Positions 38,295-52,071 are shown, counted from the stretch's first letter. The stretch: DNA of 64,000 nt from Clostridia bacterium (GCA_045612845.1 JAZKZV010000023.1:71819-135818), one strand, 5' to 3'. Notes: generated by a model not told the origin, from the letters alone. Numbers and translations: made by a program.

Positions 38295-39281
38295 TTATAT
38301 TATTCCTTTGTTAATTAGAAAGTTGTATGTTGTATCGGGTACTAATGATTTGACTTCCTGTATGTTTCCCGAATCAATCAAGGCTCTTACCTGGCTTGCG
38401 CTCACAGGTTTATCTGATATTTCTACTCTTGGGATTTCCTTGAGTTCAATACCGCATGCAGGTAAAATTCTCTTTAATTCTGTGTTATATTGTTGTGTTA
38501 TTGTACAATTAGGTTCCGTCCCTACATATCGTGTGGTTATATTAAATTTTGGAGCATAGTATTTTGTAAAAATTTCAATATCTAAAAGGCACTTAATTTG
38601 AGTGGCATTTTCGCATTCCTTAAGAAAATATGTGGGGAAAGTTGCCGACGAAATGAGGTATGGCCCTGTAGGCAGAACTCTGACATTAGGTATATGTGCT
38701 GTTCCTGTTTGTACCATTTTTATTCTGTCCTCTGCAGAAAATCTGCTTTTGTCTTCAGATACAACAAAGACATAAAGGTTAGCACATTCCCTGGCTGCAG
38801 TTTCTATTAAGTATAGGTGGCCTGATGTGAATGGATTGCAGTTCATTACAATACATCCTGTTTTTCCAGGATGATTGTTGACCTCAAAGTCATTTAGGAA
38901 TTTATTTATTCCGTCTTTTTTGTCTTCCATTAAAAGAACTTTTTCACTTTGTGCTACGGGATAAAAAAACAAGTCTGAAAATATCATTTTGTTTTGTGGT
39001 TTAGTATAGAGGAAAAGGTGTCGTATTCCTTGCGAGAAAGCATCTTTCTTTAGGGCAGTAACAAGAGTAGCACTAAGCCCCTCGCCCTGACGTGTTTCGT
39101 CAACTGCAATGCATTTGAGCACATTATTGTCCCTTGAGCCTGCGGCAACGAGTGTGTCATTATCCCATATAAGCACCGTGCGTTCGGAATAAACATCAGG
39201 TTCAAGAGAAGATTTTTTCAAAAAAGATTTCCAGATATTTAATTTAGGTCCATTTAATTTCGAGAGCACTTCAATATACAT
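38295..39281 (-). CDS. citC: [citrate (pro-3S)-lyase] ligase-type ACP acetyl-ligase
   Basis: N-terminal GNAT-like domain (RQGEGL) plus a cytidylyltransferase-like domain (MNCNPFTSGHLYLIE). Confidence 0.8.
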   Translation of the reverse strand: MYIEVLSKLNGPKLNIWKSFLKKSSLEPDVYSERTVLIWDNDTLVAAGSRDNNVLKCIAVDETRQGEGLSATLVTALKKDAFSQGIRHLFLYTKPQNKMIFSDLFFYPVAQSEKVLLMEDKKDGINKFLNDFEVNNHPGKTGCIVMNCNPFTSGHLYLIETAARECANLYVFVVSEDKSRFSAEDRIKMVQTGTAHIPNVRVLPTGPYLISSATFPTYFLKECENATQIKCLLDIEIFTKYYAPKFNITTRYVGTEPNCTITQQYNTELKRILPACGIELKEIPRVEISDKPVSASQVRALIDSGNIQEVKSLVPDTTYNFLINKGII

Positions 39282-39445
39282 ATTCTATACCTTTATAAAT
39301 TATTTTATATTAACATTATAACTCATAATTACCAAAAATGTAAAGAAAAAAATAAAAATAATTGATTTTTTTTAAATTGTGTTATATAATGTATATAAAT
39401 TGAACTATATCTTTTATAAAAAAGCCGAAAGGAGATTCAAAAGAA

Positions 39446-39715
39446 ATGGATATAAAAAAATATGCATCTGCGGGTACGATGGAATCCAGCGATGCTTATG
39501 TAGAGGTTGAACCATGTAATGATGGCATAAATATCGAAATTGAGTCGGTTGTTCAAAAGCAATTCGGAGAACGGATAAAAAATGCTGTAAGTGATGTTTT
39601 AATCGAAAATGGTGTTAAAAATGCTGTTGTTCGGGTTATAGACAGGGGAGCACTGGAATGTGTAATACGTGCCAGAGTTGAAACCGCTGTTCTTCGTGGA
39701 AAGGAGGATAACTGA
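39446..39715 (+). CDS. citD: citrate-lyase-type acyl carrier protein (gamma subunit)
   Basis: 89 aa with the prosthetic-group Ser region AGTMESSDAYVEV. Confidence 0.8.
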   Translation: MDIKKYASAGTMESSDAYVEVEPCNDGINIEIESVVQKQFGERIKNAVSDVLIENGVKNAVVRVIDRGALECVIRARVETAVLRGKEDN

Positions 39716-40599
39716 TGCGTCGCAGTATGTTGTTTTTGCCGGGTAATAATCCGAATATGCTTATAAACGGAAATTGTCTTGGTGCTGATGCGGTTATATT
39801 TGATTTGGAGGATGCGGTTTCTCCGCAGGAAAAGGATGCGGCTCGTATTCTTGTACGGAATACCATGCGGTATATGGATTTTAATGGTTGTGAAATAATT
39901 GTCCGTATAAATTCTGTTGATACAGAATTCTGGAGAGAAGACCTCGATGTTATATTACCTGAAAAACCTGACCTTATACTTTTGCCAAAGACCGGCATGC
40001 CGGAGGATGCTCTTGTTGTAGACGAATATATGGCGGAGATCGAAAAAAAGTGCGGAATAAAAGAGGGTACAATAGGACTTATGCCTCTTATTGAAACAGC
40101 TCTTGGTGTTGAAAATTCCTATAAAATTGCATCATGCTCAAAGCGTATTAAAGCACTTTTTCTTGGAGCTGAGGATCTTACTGCTGACCTTCAGTGCAAG
40201 CGTACCAAATCGGGAAGAGAAATTGAGTATTCCAGAACAAGACTTGTTGTTGCGGCGCGTGCGGCGGGTATTGATGTTTATGATACTCCATTTACTGATG
40301 TGAATGATGACGATGGTATAGTTGAAGATGCTGAATTGGCAAAGGGTCTTGGTTTTGCAGGTAAGGCATCTATTTCTCCACGCCATGTGGAAGTTATAAA
40401 TCGGGTATTTAGTCCCACTGAGGAAGAAATAGATTATGCATACGAGGTTATAGATGCGATAAATTTGGCAAAGGAACAGGGTAAAGGAGCTATTTCTCTA
40501 CGCGGCAAGATGATAGATGCACCTATTGTTGCAAGGGCACAGAGGACAATTTCTATGGCAGAGGCATTGGGTTTGAACAGGAGGGAAGTAAATGAATAA
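39715..40599 (+). CDS. citE: citryl-CoA-lyase-type beta subunit (HpcH/CitE family)
   Basis: RRSMLFLPGNNP...FDLEDAV motif. Confidence 0.8.
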   Translation: MRRSMLFLPGNNPNMLINGNCLGADAVIFDLEDAVSPQEKDAARILVRNTMRYMDFNGCEIIVRINSVDTEFWREDLDVILPEKPDLILLPKTGMPEDALVVDEYMAEIEKKCGIKEGTIGLMPLIETALGVENSYKIASCSKRIKALFLGAEDLTADLQCKRTKSGREIEYSRTRLVVAARAAGIDVYDTPFTDVNDDDGIVEDAELAKGLGFAGKASISPRHVEVINRVFSPTEEEIDYAYEVIDAINLAKEQGKGAISLRGKMIDAPIVARAQRTISMAEALGLNRREVNE

Positions 40600-42004
40600 A
40601 TTAGTAAATTCAATTCGTGAAGCTATTGTTCTTTCGGGATTGAAAGACGGAATGACTATTTCTTTTCATCATCATTTGCGCAATGGAGACTATGTTTTAA
40701 ACATGGTCATGGAAGAAATAGCGGCTATGGGAATAAAAGATATAACCATAAATGCAAGCTCGTTGTTTGATGTACATATGCCATTGATAACGCATATAGA
40801 AAATAAGGTAGTAACGGGTATTGCGACAGATTATATTGCTGCAAATCTTGGAAGAGTGTTTTCGGAAGGTATATTGGAAAAACCTATAGAGTTCCGTACT
40901 CATGGAGGACGACCGGGTGATATTTCTACCGGCAAGACACCGATTGATGTTGCATTTATTGCTGCGCCGGCTGCCGATGTTATGGGTAATTGCTCGGGTA
41001 AATATGGCAAATCTGCTTGCGGAAGTCTTGGTTATGCTTATGCTGATGCGATGTTTGCAAAAAAAACCGTAGTTATTACAGATAATATTGAGCCGTATCC
41101 ATTGCATGATTGGTCAATTTCTGAGGATTATATAGACTATGTGGTCGAAGTGGAGGCTATTGGAGATCCTAATGGTATTGTTTCCGGTACAACTAAGATT
41201 ACACGTGATCCGGTTGGTTTGGTTATGGCATCTCATGCGGCAAGGGTTATAGAGGCCTCGGGACTTTTAAAGGATGGTTTTTCATTTCAGACGGGTGCGG
41301 GAGGTGCATCTCTTGCTGCAGCTAAGTTTTTAAAGGATATAATGCTTAAGAAGAACATTAAGGGAAGCTTTGGACTGGGCGGTATAACGGGGTATATGGT
41401 AGATATGCTTAATGCGGGTTGTTTCCGTAACCTTATGGATGTTCAGTGTTTTGATTTGGCGGCGGTGGAATCAATAAAAAATAATCCGGCGCATAAGGAG
41501 ATATCTGCTATGCAATATGCATCTCCGAACAGTAAAAGTGCGGTTGTTGATAGCCTTGATGTTGTTATCCTGGGTGCAACTGAGATTGACACGGACTTTA
41601 ATGTGAATGTTCATACCGATTCCAATGGATATATTATGGGAGGTTCGGGCGGTCATAGTGATACTGCGGCCGGCTCAAAGCTTTCTATGATTATTGCACC
41701 TATGTTCAGGGCGAGGATGCCTATTGTTACGGACCGTGTAACTTGTATTTCTACCCCGGGCAAGGACATAGATGTTTTGGTTACACAAGGGGGAATTGCT
41801 GTTAATCCTAAAAATATAGACCTAAAAGAACGCCTGGTTAAAGCCGGACTGCCGATTGTGGATATTCTGGAACTAAAAGAAAAGACTGAGAGAATAACCG
41901 GAAAACCACAAAAAATACAAAGGGGAGATAAAGTTGTTGCGGAGGTTATTGGTCGCAACGGTGGTATTCTGGATAAAATATATAATGTACCCCAAAATAA
42001 GTAA
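40592..42004 (+). CDS. citF: citrate-lyase-type alpha subunit (CoA transferase)
   Basis: 470-aa CitF-like sequence following citD and citE. Confidence 0.75.
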   Translation: MNKLVNSIREAIVLSGLKDGMTISFHHHLRNGDYVLNMVMEEIAAMGIKDITINASSLFDVHMPLITHIENKVVTGIATDYIAANLGRVFSEGILEKPIEFRTHGGRPGDISTGKTPIDVAFIAAPAADVMGNCSGKYGKSACGSLGYAYADAMFAKKTVVITDNIEPYPLHDWSISEDYIDYVVEVEAIGDPNGIVSGTTKITRDPVGLVMASHAARVIEASGLLKDGFSFQTGAGGASLAAAKFLKDIMLKKNIKGSFGLGGITGYMVDMLNAGCFRNLMDVQCFDLAAVESIKNNPAHKEISAMQYASPNSKSAVVDSLDVVILGATEIDTDFNVNVHTDSNGYIMGGSGGHSDTAAGSKLSMIIAPMFRARMPIVTDRVTCISTPGKDIDVLVTQGGIAVNPKNIDLKERLVKAGLPIVDILELKEKTERITGKPQKIQRGDKVVAEVIGRNGGILDKIYNVPQNK

Positions 42005-42043
42005 TGCAATAATTGTGTTTATCAGAAAACCGAAAATAATCTT

Positions 42044-42070
42044 AAGGCACTCTAAAGTATAGAGTGCCTT
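42044..42070 (+). terminator. hairpin after citF
   Basis: AAGGCACTCT / AGAGTGCCTT stem. The T-tract is weak. Confidence 0.5.
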
Positions 42071-42145
42071 AATTGTGTCAAATGATATTGACAAAATCGA
42101 GAATAATGGTATAATTGTTATATAACAATTAAAGGAGTGAAAATT

Positions 42146-43123
42146 GTGGAATCAATTTACAAGGTTAATGCAAAGCTTGATATCCCTATATACAGACAGC
42201 TTGTGGATGCCATTTGTGTTGGTATAAAAAACGGTAGTATTGTATCCGGACAACAGCTTCCTACTGTTCAGGAAATGATTGAAGAGGTTGGCGTTGCAAG
42301 AGGTACTGTAAAAAGGGCATATGATGAATTGGAGCGTATTGGACTTGTTGAGAAAGTACAGGGGAGAGGAACCTTTGTAAAATATCAGCCTGTAAATTCC
42401 GGCAGCAGAAAAGAACAGGCAATGGCGGCTATTGATGAAATGCTCGACCGACTGGAAGGTATGGGACTTTCACCATCAGAAATAAATATATTCTTAAATC
42501 TGAAACTTCGTGAACGCTCGCAGGAGGAGGCACATGTGAAGATTGCGGTGGTTGAATGTAATCCTGAAAATTTATCGCAAATGTCAGAACAACTCAGGCA
42601 CATTGATGAACTTGATTTGTATTCTTACACATTCGACAGTGTAAAGCAGTATCCGTATAAATTGGGAGAGGATTTTGATTTAATTGTTACAACATCCTTG
42701 CACTCTCAATATCTGGAAAATGTAGTCCCGGACAAAAAAAGAATAGCCAGGGTTGCGCTAAGGCCTTCTGCCCGTTGCTTGTCGCATATTATAAAACTCC
42801 GTTCGGAAGAAAAAATTGGTATTATAGGGTACAGTGTGCGCTTTGGAGAACTAATATATAATACTTGCCAGATGTATGCAGAAGATGTTATTTTAGATGA
42901 TCCATTGGTTGTTGGTGAAGGTGCAGATGCAGAAAAATATCTTAAGGGAAAAGACACAATCCTTGTTCCTAAAAATTATGAAAAATACTTTGATGTTGCT
43001 ACTGTTAAGCGTATATCAAAATTCAAGGGTGATGTAATAGAATGTAACTACGAAATGGACGAAGGCTCTGTTTTGTACCTTGAAGCTAAAATCAAAAAAA
43101 TACGTGATGAAAAAACTATATAA
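42146..43123 (+). CDS. GntR-family regulator with a C-terminal ligand-binding-type domain
   Basis: GntR HTH (LPTVQEMIEEVGVARGTVKRAYDELE). GTG at 42146 has better RBS spacing than GTG at 42137. Promoter TTGACA, 16-nt spacer, TATAAT at 42088-42115. Confidence 0.7.
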   Translation: MESIYKVNAKLDIPIYRQLVDAICVGIKNGSIVSGQQLPTVQEMIEEVGVARGTVKRAYDELERIGLVEKVQGRGTFVKYQPVNSGSRKEQAMAAIDEMLDRLEGMGLSPSEINIFLNLKLRERSQEEAHVKIAVVECNPENLSQMSEQLRHIDELDLYSYTFDSVKQYPYKLGEDFDLIVTTSLHSQYLENVVPDKKRIARVALRPSARCLSHIIKLRSEEKIGIIGYSVRFGELIYNTCQMYAEDVILDDPLVVGEGADAEKYLKGKDTILVPKNYEKYFDVATVKRISKFKGDVIECNYEMDEGSVLYLEAKIKKIRDEKTI

Positions 43124-43149
43124 AAAATAATTAAAATACCATTTTTTAC

Positions 43150-43178
43150 TTGACAAATGATATATAACATTGTATTAT
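43150..43178 (+). promoter_or_regulatory. sigma-A type promoter of the glm-mal operon
   Basis: TTGACA, 17-nt spacer, TATTAT. Confidence 0.5.
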
Positions 43179-43231
43179 ATAGATATACAACAATTATAGT
43201 TGCGTCTAAAATAATATAATGAGGTATTGAT

Positions 43232-43663
43232 ATGGATAACAGAGAAAAAAAAGTCCTTGTCATCGGTGTCATAGGTGCTGATGTTCATGCGGTGGGTAAT
43301 AAGATTTTGTACCATGCTTTTACAGAGGCAGGGTTTGAAGTTGTTAATCTTGGCGTTATGGTTTCTCAGGAGGAGTATATTGCAGCAGCTATAGAGTCCG
43401 GTGCAGATGCTATAGTGGTATCTTCTCTTTACGGACAGGGTGAGCTTGACTGTCGTGGTATGCGAGAAAAGTGTAACGAAGCAGGACTTAAAGGTATTCC
43501 CTTGATAGTAGGGGGTAATATAGTTATTGGCAAGCAGAAATTCGAAGATGTGGAAAAACGTTTTAAGGCAATGGGCTTTGACAGAGCTTTTCCGCCGGGA
43601 ACTCCGCCTGAGGCTGCCATAGAGGCTCTCCGTGAGCTTTTAAACATGGACGGTGAAGATTGA
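43232..43663 (+). CDS. glmS: glutamate mutase sigma (B12-binding) subunit
   Basis: Close match to clostridial MutS as I recall it ([38 protein letters not shown]). Confidence 0.9.
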   Translation: MDNREKKVLVIGVIGADVHAVGNKILYHAFTEAGFEVVNLGVMVSQEEYIAAAIESGADAIVVSSLYGQGELDCRGMREKCNEAGLKGIPLIVGGNIVIGKQKFEDVEKRFKAMGFDRAFPPGTPPEAAIEALRELLNMDGED

Positions 43664-45054
43664 TGAAGAATGTCTTGCTGATTGATTTTGGCAGTACATA
43701 TACAAAGCTTACAGCTGTTGATTTAGAAAAGGAACAGATTATTGGAACAGCATCGGCTTATACAACAGTTCATTCTGATATAAATGATGGTCTTAATGAA
43801 GGGCTTGGAATTTTAGAGGAATGGACAGGAAAAATCAGATATGATGCGTGCTATGCATGCTCGTCTGCTGCGGGTGGATTACGTATGGTAACAAGCGGAC
43901 TTGTTCCCGAACTTACGGGAGAGGCGGCAAAGCTTGCAAGTCTTGGAGCGGGAGCTAAAGTTACAGGTGTATATGCCTATGAATTGACCGAAGAAGATAT
44001 TGACGAAATCAGAAAAATCAATCCTGATATATTCTTGTTGGTTGGTGGTACAGACGGGGGAAATACCGAGTGTATAATTCATAATGCACAGATGCTTTCA
44101 AAAATGAAGCCTCAGTTTCCGATTGTACTGGCGGGAAATCGTACAGCTGCAAATAAATGCCGGGAAATACTCGGGGATTGCGAAGTCTATGTTTGCCCCA
44201 ACGTAATGCCCAAATTTGGAACTTTGCAGATAGAACCTACACAAAAACAGATTAGAGAGATATTTTTAAATCGTATTATACAGGCAAAGGGATTAAGCAA
44301 GGTCAGAGAACTTCTTTCTGATATAATGATGCCTACACCGTCTGCGGTACTTCAGGCAATGGAGCTGCTTGCGAACGGATGTGAGGACGAAAGCGGAATA
44401 GGGGAACTGGTGGCTGTAGATGTAGGTGGAGCTACCACCGATGTTTATTCGATTGCTGATGGAATGCCCGAGCATATGAATACTGTCTACAAAGGACTTC
44501 CTGAACCCTATGCAAAGCGGACAGTAGAGGGCGATATAGGTATGCGCTACAGTATACAGGGTATTGTTGATGCTAAGGGTATTGAGCGAATATCTGAGCT
44601 TTCCGGACTTTCCGGGGAAGAGGCAATGGAACTGATAGATGATTTAAAAAATAATACAGATAAATTGCCAAATGGAAACAAAGAGCTGGAGGCTCTTGAT
44701 TTTGCACTTGCTTCCTGTGCGGTTGATGAGGCACTTACACGTCATGCAGGTACTATTTCAGAAACCTATACAATGATGGGTCAGACCTTTGTTCAGGAAG
44801 GTAAGAATCTTACCAAGGTAAAACAGATAGTTGTTACAGGAGGAAGCCTTATACACGCTAAAAGGACGGAAGAGATAGCAACTCATGCTTTATACTCTAC
44901 TGCAAACCCTACATCATTAAAACCAAAAAGTGCAGAAATATGGATAGATAAAACATATATTTTGGCTGCAATGGGACTTTTGTCAACGTACCATCCCAAA
45001 GCAGCTTTACGAATTATGAAAAAGGAGCTTAAACATTATGGATATTCAAAATAA
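43660..45054 (+). CDS. glmL: glutamate mutase reactivase/chaperone MutL-like
   Basis: 464-aa ORF lying between the sigma and epsilon subunits, as in the clostridial mut operons. Confidence 0.75.
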   Translation: MMKNVLLIDFGSTYTKLTAVDLEKEQIIGTASAYTTVHSDINDGLNEGLGILEEWTGKIRYDACYACSSAAGGLRMVTSGLVPELTGEAAKLASLGAGAKVTGVYAYELTEEDIDEIRKINPDIFLLVGGTDGGNTECIIHNAQMLSKMKPQFPIVLAGNRTAANKCREILGDCEVYVCPNVMPKFGTLQIEPTQKQIREIFLNRIIQAKGLSKVRELLSDIMMPTPSAVLQAMELLANGCEDESGIGELVAVDVGGATTDVYSIADGMPEHMNTVYKGLPEPYAKRTVEGDIGMRYSIQGIVDAKGIERISELSGLSGEEAMELIDDLKNNTDKLPNGNKELEALDFALASCAVDEALTRHAGTISETYTMMGQTFVQEGKNLTKVKQIVVTGGSLIHAKRTEEIATHALYSTANPTSLKPKSAEIWIDKTYILAAMGLLSTYHPKAALRIMKKELKHYGYSK

Positions 45055-46489
45055 ACGCCTTTCTGATAACGAGTTTAACAGTCTGCGTCAAGAAGTTCTG
45101 GCACAATGGCCTACAGGAAAAGACGTTAATATTGAAGAGGCAGTTGCATATCATAAAGCTATGCCGGACTCACGAAACTTTTCAAAAAAACTCTTATCAG
45201 CAAAGCGTGATAATCGTACATTGGTGCAACCTCGTGCGGGTGTTCCTGTTGTAGAAGAACACATAAAACTTATGCAGTATCTCGAAGAACACGGTGAGGC
45301 TGATTTATTACCATCAACTATAGATAGTTATACAAGACAGAACCGTTACGAAGAGGCGGAAAATGGTATATCAGAATCATTGCGATTGGAAAGAGCTATG
45401 CTCAATGGTTTTCCTGCGGTTAATCATGGTGTGGCAAAGTGTCGTCAGGTTATTGAAAGCGTTAATGTACCTATGCAGGTTCGCCATGGTACCCCCGATG
45501 CAAGACTTCTTACTGAAATTACATATGCAGGTGGTTTTACAAGTTATGAGGGTGGAGGTATTTCCTATAATCTTCCATACTGCAAAAATATTCCTATGGA
45601 AAGAACAATACGCGACTGGCAGTATGTTGACCGCTTAACAGGCATGTATGAAGAAATGGGTGTTTCAATTAACCGTGAACCATACGGACCTTTAACCGGT
45701 ACGTTAGTCCCTCCTTGTATTTCGCATGCGGCTGCCATTATTGAGGCATTGTTGGCTGCAGAACAGGGTGTTAAGAACATTACAGTCGGATACGGTCAAT
45801 GCGGAAATCTTGTTCAGGATATCGCAGCTATCCGTACATTGCAGGAGCTTACTGATGAATATCTCGAAAAATATGGATATAAAGATGTCGAAGTTACAAC
45901 CGTTCTACATCAGTGGATGGGCGGTTTCCCTGCTGATGAGGCGAAGGCTTTTGGTGTTATATCTTCAGGAAGTCTTATTGCAGCACTTTCTAAGGCGACA
46001 AAAGTAATTGTAAAAACACCGCACGAAGCTGTAGGTATTCCTACTATGGAGGCTAATGCCGAGGGCTTGCGTTGTACCAAGCAGGTTGTTAATATGCTTG
46101 CTGACCAGACATTCCAGGATAAGCGTCTTGAACCTGAAAAAGAAATTATTAAGCTCGAAACACGTGCAATAGTTGATAAATGCTTTGAACTTGGAAACGG
46201 AGATATTGCTATGGGTGTATGTCGTGGTGTCGAAGCAGGTGTTTTGGATGTACCATTTGCGCCATGTCGTTTTAATGCGGGTAAGATGTTACCTTGTCGT
46301 GATAACGATGGGGCAATTCGTATATTGGAGCCGGGAAATCTTCCGTTCTCCAAAGAACTTCTTGATTTCCATAAATCAAAGATAGAAGAACGTGCCAATG
46401 CAGAAAAACGCAAAGCCTCATTCCAGATGGTAATTGATGATGTTTATGCAATTGGAAAAGGCCGACTTGTAGGCCGACCAAAATATTGA
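45038..46489 (+). CDS. glmE: glutamate mutase epsilon (catalytic) subunit
   Basis: 483 aa at the position and of the length of MutE/GlmE. Confidence 0.85.
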   Translation: MDIQNKRLSDNEFNSLRQEVLAQWPTGKDVNIEEAVAYHKAMPDSRNFSKKLLSAKRDNRTLVQPRAGVPVVEEHIKLMQYLEEHGEADLLPSTIDSYTRQNRYEEAENGISESLRLERAMLNGFPAVNHGVAKCRQVIESVNVPMQVRHGTPDARLLTEITYAGGFTSYEGGGISYNLPYCKNIPMERTIRDWQYVDRLTGMYEEMGVSINREPYGPLTGTLVPPCISHAAAIIEALLAAEQGVKNITVGYGQCGNLVQDIAAIRTLQELTDEYLEKYGYKDVEVTTVLHQWMGGFPADEAKAFGVISSGSLIAALSKATKVIVKTPHEAVGIPTMEANAEGLRCTKQVVNMLADQTFQDKRLEPEKEIIKLETRAIVDKCFELGNGDIAMGVCRGVEAGVLDVPFAPCRFNAGKMLPCRDNDGAIRILEPGNLPFSKELLDFHKSKIEERANAEKRKASFQMVIDDVYAIGKGRLVGRPKY

Positions 46490-46509
46490 TAACAGGAGAT
46501 AGTGTAATT

Positions 46510-47769
46510 ATGAAAATTATAGATATTGTTTGTTCACCGGGTCGTACAGGTTTTTACTTTGATGATCAGCGTGCTATTAAAAAGGGTGCAGGTCATGATG
46601 GTGTGTTTTATATAGGCAATCCCGTAACAGAAGGCTTTCAGGCTGTTCGTCAGGCGGGAGAGTCCATCTCGGTAATGATTGTGTTAGAAGACGGACAGGT
46701 TGCGTATGGAGACTGTGCCGCTGTTCAATATTCAGGTGCAGGGGGTAGAGATCCTTTGTTTCTTGCACAGGATTTTATACCGGTTATAGAAAATCACATA
46801 AAACCTCAGCTTGTTGGTAAAGAGGCTGATAACTTCCGCGGATTATGCACAATGATGGAGGCTATTGAGGTGGATGGCAAGCGACTTCATACTGCTATCA
46901 GATATGGTGTATCTCAGGCTATATTGGATGCGGTTGCAAAAGCAACCGGAAGAATGATGTGCGAGGTTGTGGCAGATGAATATGGATGCAGTGTTTCCCA
47001 AAAGCCAATTCCTATATTTACCCAATCCGGTGATGACCGCTATGATAATTCAGATAAAATGATTATTAAAGGTGCACAGGTTCTTCCTCATGCACTTATA
47101 AATAATGTTGATACAAAACTTGGCAGAAACGGTGAAAAACTTAAGGAATATGTAGAGTGGCTACGTAATCGTATTTTAGAATTTCGTTCGGACGAGAGCT
47201 ATTCACCTGTTTTGCACATTGATGTATATGGAACTATAGGAGCAGCCTTTGGTAATAACAATTACAAGGCAATGGCAGATTACATAGAGGAACTTGGCAG
47301 AATTGCAAAACCTTTTAAAATCCGCATTGAGGGACCTATGGATTGCGACTGTGATCGTGAAACACAACTTACAGCTCTGGCGGCTCTTACCAAAGAGTTG
47401 GACGAGCGTGGCTGCGATGTTGAGCTTGTTGCTGATGAATGGTGTAACACACTTGAAGATATCAAGCTTTTTGCTGATAATAAAGCAGGACACATGGTGC
47501 AGATAAAGACTCCCGACCTTGGAGGTATAAACAATACCATTGAGGCAGTGCTATACTGCAAGGAAAAGGGGATTGGTGCTTATCAGGGCGGTACATGTAA
47601 TGAAACTGACCGTAGTGCGCAGGTGTGTGTTCATTGTGCAATGGCTACTCAGCCTGTTCAGATTCTTGCAAAACCCGGTATGGGTGTTGATGAAGGATTT
47701 ATGATAGTATATAATGAGATGAATCGTATATTGGCTATGTCAAAAGCTAAGAAAAACCTTAAGAAGTAA
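46510..47769 (+). CDS. mal: 3-methylaspartate ammonia-lyase
   Basis: Starts MKIIDIVCSPGRTGFYFDDQRAIKKGAGHDG. Also CAAVQYSGAGGRDPLF and KAGHMVQIKTPDLGG, nearly as in the C. tetanomorphum enzyme as I recall it. Confidence 0.9.
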   Translation: MKIIDIVCSPGRTGFYFDDQRAIKKGAGHDGVFYIGNPVTEGFQAVRQAGESISVMIVLEDGQVAYGDCAAVQYSGAGGRDPLFLAQDFIPVIENHIKPQLVGKEADNFRGLCTMMEAIEVDGKRLHTAIRYGVSQAILDAVAKATGRMMCEVVADEYGCSVSQKPIPIFTQSGDDRYDNSDKMIIKGAQVLPHALINNVDTKLGRNGEKLKEYVEWLRNRILEFRSDESYSPVLHIDVYGTIGAAFGNNNYKAMADYIEELGRIAKPFKIRIEGPMDCDCDRETQLTALAALTKELDERGCDVELVADEWCNTLEDIKLFADNKAGHMVQIKTPDLGGINNTIEAVLYCKEKGIGAYQGGTCNETDRSAQVCVHCAMATQPVQILAKPGMGVDEGFMIVYNEMNRILAMSKAKKNLKK

Positions 47770-47801
47770 GCCGCTATATAAATGATTCTTATAATCATAA
47801 A

Positions 47802-47849
47802 AGGGGTATGTTTACCTTGCTCATACGAGTTTGGTATACATACCCCTTA
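47802..47849. terminator. long-loop hairpin between mal and the MATE gene
   Basis: AAGGGGTATGT / ACATACCCCTT stem. Confidence 0.5.
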
Positions 47850-47860
47850 ATTATTGTACG

Positions 47861-49198
47861 TTAATATCCGTATTTTTTTTGTTGTGTTGCAAGGAAGAAG
47901 ACGGACAATAAAACTGCCAGCATTTCTGCAACGGTTACCGATATCCATATTCCGTCTATGCCAAATATCAATGGCAGTGTAAGAACACATATACATTGAA
48001 AAAATAATATCCTCAAAAATGATATAAGTGCAGAAACGAGACCATTATTCAAGGCAGTAAAAAAGCTTGATGTAAAAATAGCAAAGCCTGCAAAAAGGAA
48101 TGAATATGCGTATATCGAAAATGCTCTGCACGTAAGTTCTACAAGCTCATTGTCATAGCCTACAAACATAAGAGAAAACGGTCTTGAAAGAAACTTTGAG
48201 GCAAAGAACATAATTACTGCAAAAAATGCAATAACAACATTACTCTTTTTTAACAGTCCGTGTAACTCATTTTTGTTTTTTGCACCATAGTGATAGCCTA
48301 TTACGGGTGCAGTGCCTACAGAATACCCTATAAACACAGAAACAAACACAAAGTTTACATACATAAGTACACCATATGCCGCAATACCATTCTCGCCTGC
48401 ATACTTCATAAGCTGAAAATTAAAAATCATACTAATAAATGATAATGATATATTAGTCATCATTTCAGAAGAACCATTGGTGCATGTTTTTATAAGTGCT
48501 CCGGTATCAATACTTGTTTTTGTAAGCCTTAACAGACTTGAATTTTTGCCGAAGAAGTATATAAGGGGTATTGTTCCTCCAACTATCTGGCTTATTCCTG
48601 TAGCAAGTGCGGCACCAACAAGACCAAACGAAAAAACACCTACCAAAAGAGCATCAAGTATCATATTTGTAACACCCGAGAGAACTGTAACAAAAAGCCC
48701 TAATTGCGGTTTTTCGGCTGTAATAAAAAAGCTTTGGAATTCCATCTGCAATATAAATGCAGGAAGTGCAAGCAAAATCACTCTCCCGTATATAACACAA
48801 TTTTCTAAAAGATTACCATCTGCGCCTAAAAGTAATGCTATAGGTCTTATAAAAATAATTCCAAGAACGGATAGTACAAATCCTAATGCAATAGAAATAT
48901 ATACAATCATAGAAAATATACGGTTTGCCTCTGGTGAATCGCCCTCACCCAATGTTTTAGATACAAGCGCACTTCCGCCGGTGCCGAACATGAATCCGAT
49001 TGTACCTAAAATCATCAAAAATGGCATAATAAGGTTAACTGCGGCAAATGATGTTTTACCAACAAAATTAGACACAAAAAAACCGTCTACAACACCGTAT
49101 ATTGACGTAAATATCATCATAATTATAGATGGAATTGTAAACCTTAGTAATTTTTTATATGTAAAATGGTCCGATAATCGTATATTTGTTTTATTCAT
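47861..49198 (-). CDS. MATE-family efflux transporter
   Basis: 445-aa, 12-helix protein with a typical MATE N-terminus (KLLRFTIPSIIMMIFTSIYGVVDGFFV). Confidence 0.8.
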   Translation of the reverse strand: MNKTNIRLSDHFTYKKLLRFTIPSIIMMIFTSIYGVVDGFFVSNFVGKTSFAAVNLIMPFLMILGTIGFMFGTGGSALVSKTLGEGDSPEANRIFSMIVYISIALGFVLSVLGIIFIRPIALLLGADGNLLENCVIYGRVILLALPAFILQMEFQSFFITAEKPQLGLFVTVLSGVTNMILDALLVGVFSFGLVGAALATGISQIVGGTIPLIYFFGKNSSLLRLTKTSIDTGALIKTCTNGSSEMMTNISLSFISMIFNFQLMKYAGENGIAAYGVLMYVNFVFVSVFIGYSVGTAPVIGYHYGAKNKNELHGLLKKSNVVIAFFAVIMFFASKFLSRPFSLMFVGYDNELVELTCRAFSIYAYSFLFAGFAIFTSSFFTALNNGLVSALISFLRILFFQCICVLTLPLIFGIDGIWISVTVAEMLAVLLSVFFLATQQKKYGY

Positions 49199-49279
49199 AA
49201 ATATAAAGTCCTTTACTGTTATGTGGCTTAATTATTGTAGCATTAAAAAGAATCTTTGTCAATTTGTTTTATGCATATA

Positions 49280-49306
49280 AAAAATCAGCAAAATGCTGAT
49301 TTTTTA
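49280..49306. terminator. bidirectional terminator at the atpC end
   Basis: AAAAATCAGCA / TGCTGATTTTT stem. Confidence 0.7.
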
Positions 49307-49714
49307 TATATATTTATCTTTTTTTGCTCTCAGTCGACTCAAGGCACGAGCCATATTCTTCTGTGCAATATGATATTCACGTATGCCTGTTTTGTGTAAA
49401 ATAGCTTCGAGTGCCTCTGCGGCTGCACGCTTGGCTCTGTTTTCGTCAATTTCTTCGGGGCGCTCAGCAGTCTCTACAAGAACATGAACATTGTTCTTTT
49501 CAATTTTTGTCCAGCCATGCGAAACAACTACTGTTTGTGTATTACCGTTGCTGTCGGTAAACCTTAAATTTCCCGGTACAATAGTTGTAAGCACATTATG
49601 ATGATCCGCCAGTATTCCGTACTCGCCATCCTGGGTGGGTACAACAAGGGAATGGCACTCGCCTTCATAAAACGGTCTGTCAGCTGATAATATTTTAAGA
49701 TTAAAATTTTTCAT
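49304..49714 (-). CDS. atpC: F1 ATP synthase epsilon subunit
   Basis: 136 aa. Beta-sandwich plus a helical hairpin. Last gene of the operon. Confidence 0.85.
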   Translation of the reverse strand: MKNFNLKILSADRPFYEGECHSLVVPTQDGEYGILADHHNVLTTIVPGNLRFTDSNGNTQTVVVSHGWTKIEKNNVHVLVETAERPEEIDENRAKRAAAEALEAILHKTGIREYHIAQKNMARALSRLRAKKDKYI

Positions 49715-49734
49715 AACCTTTAAGTTCCTTGTGT

Positions 49735-52071
<2,337 letters not shown>

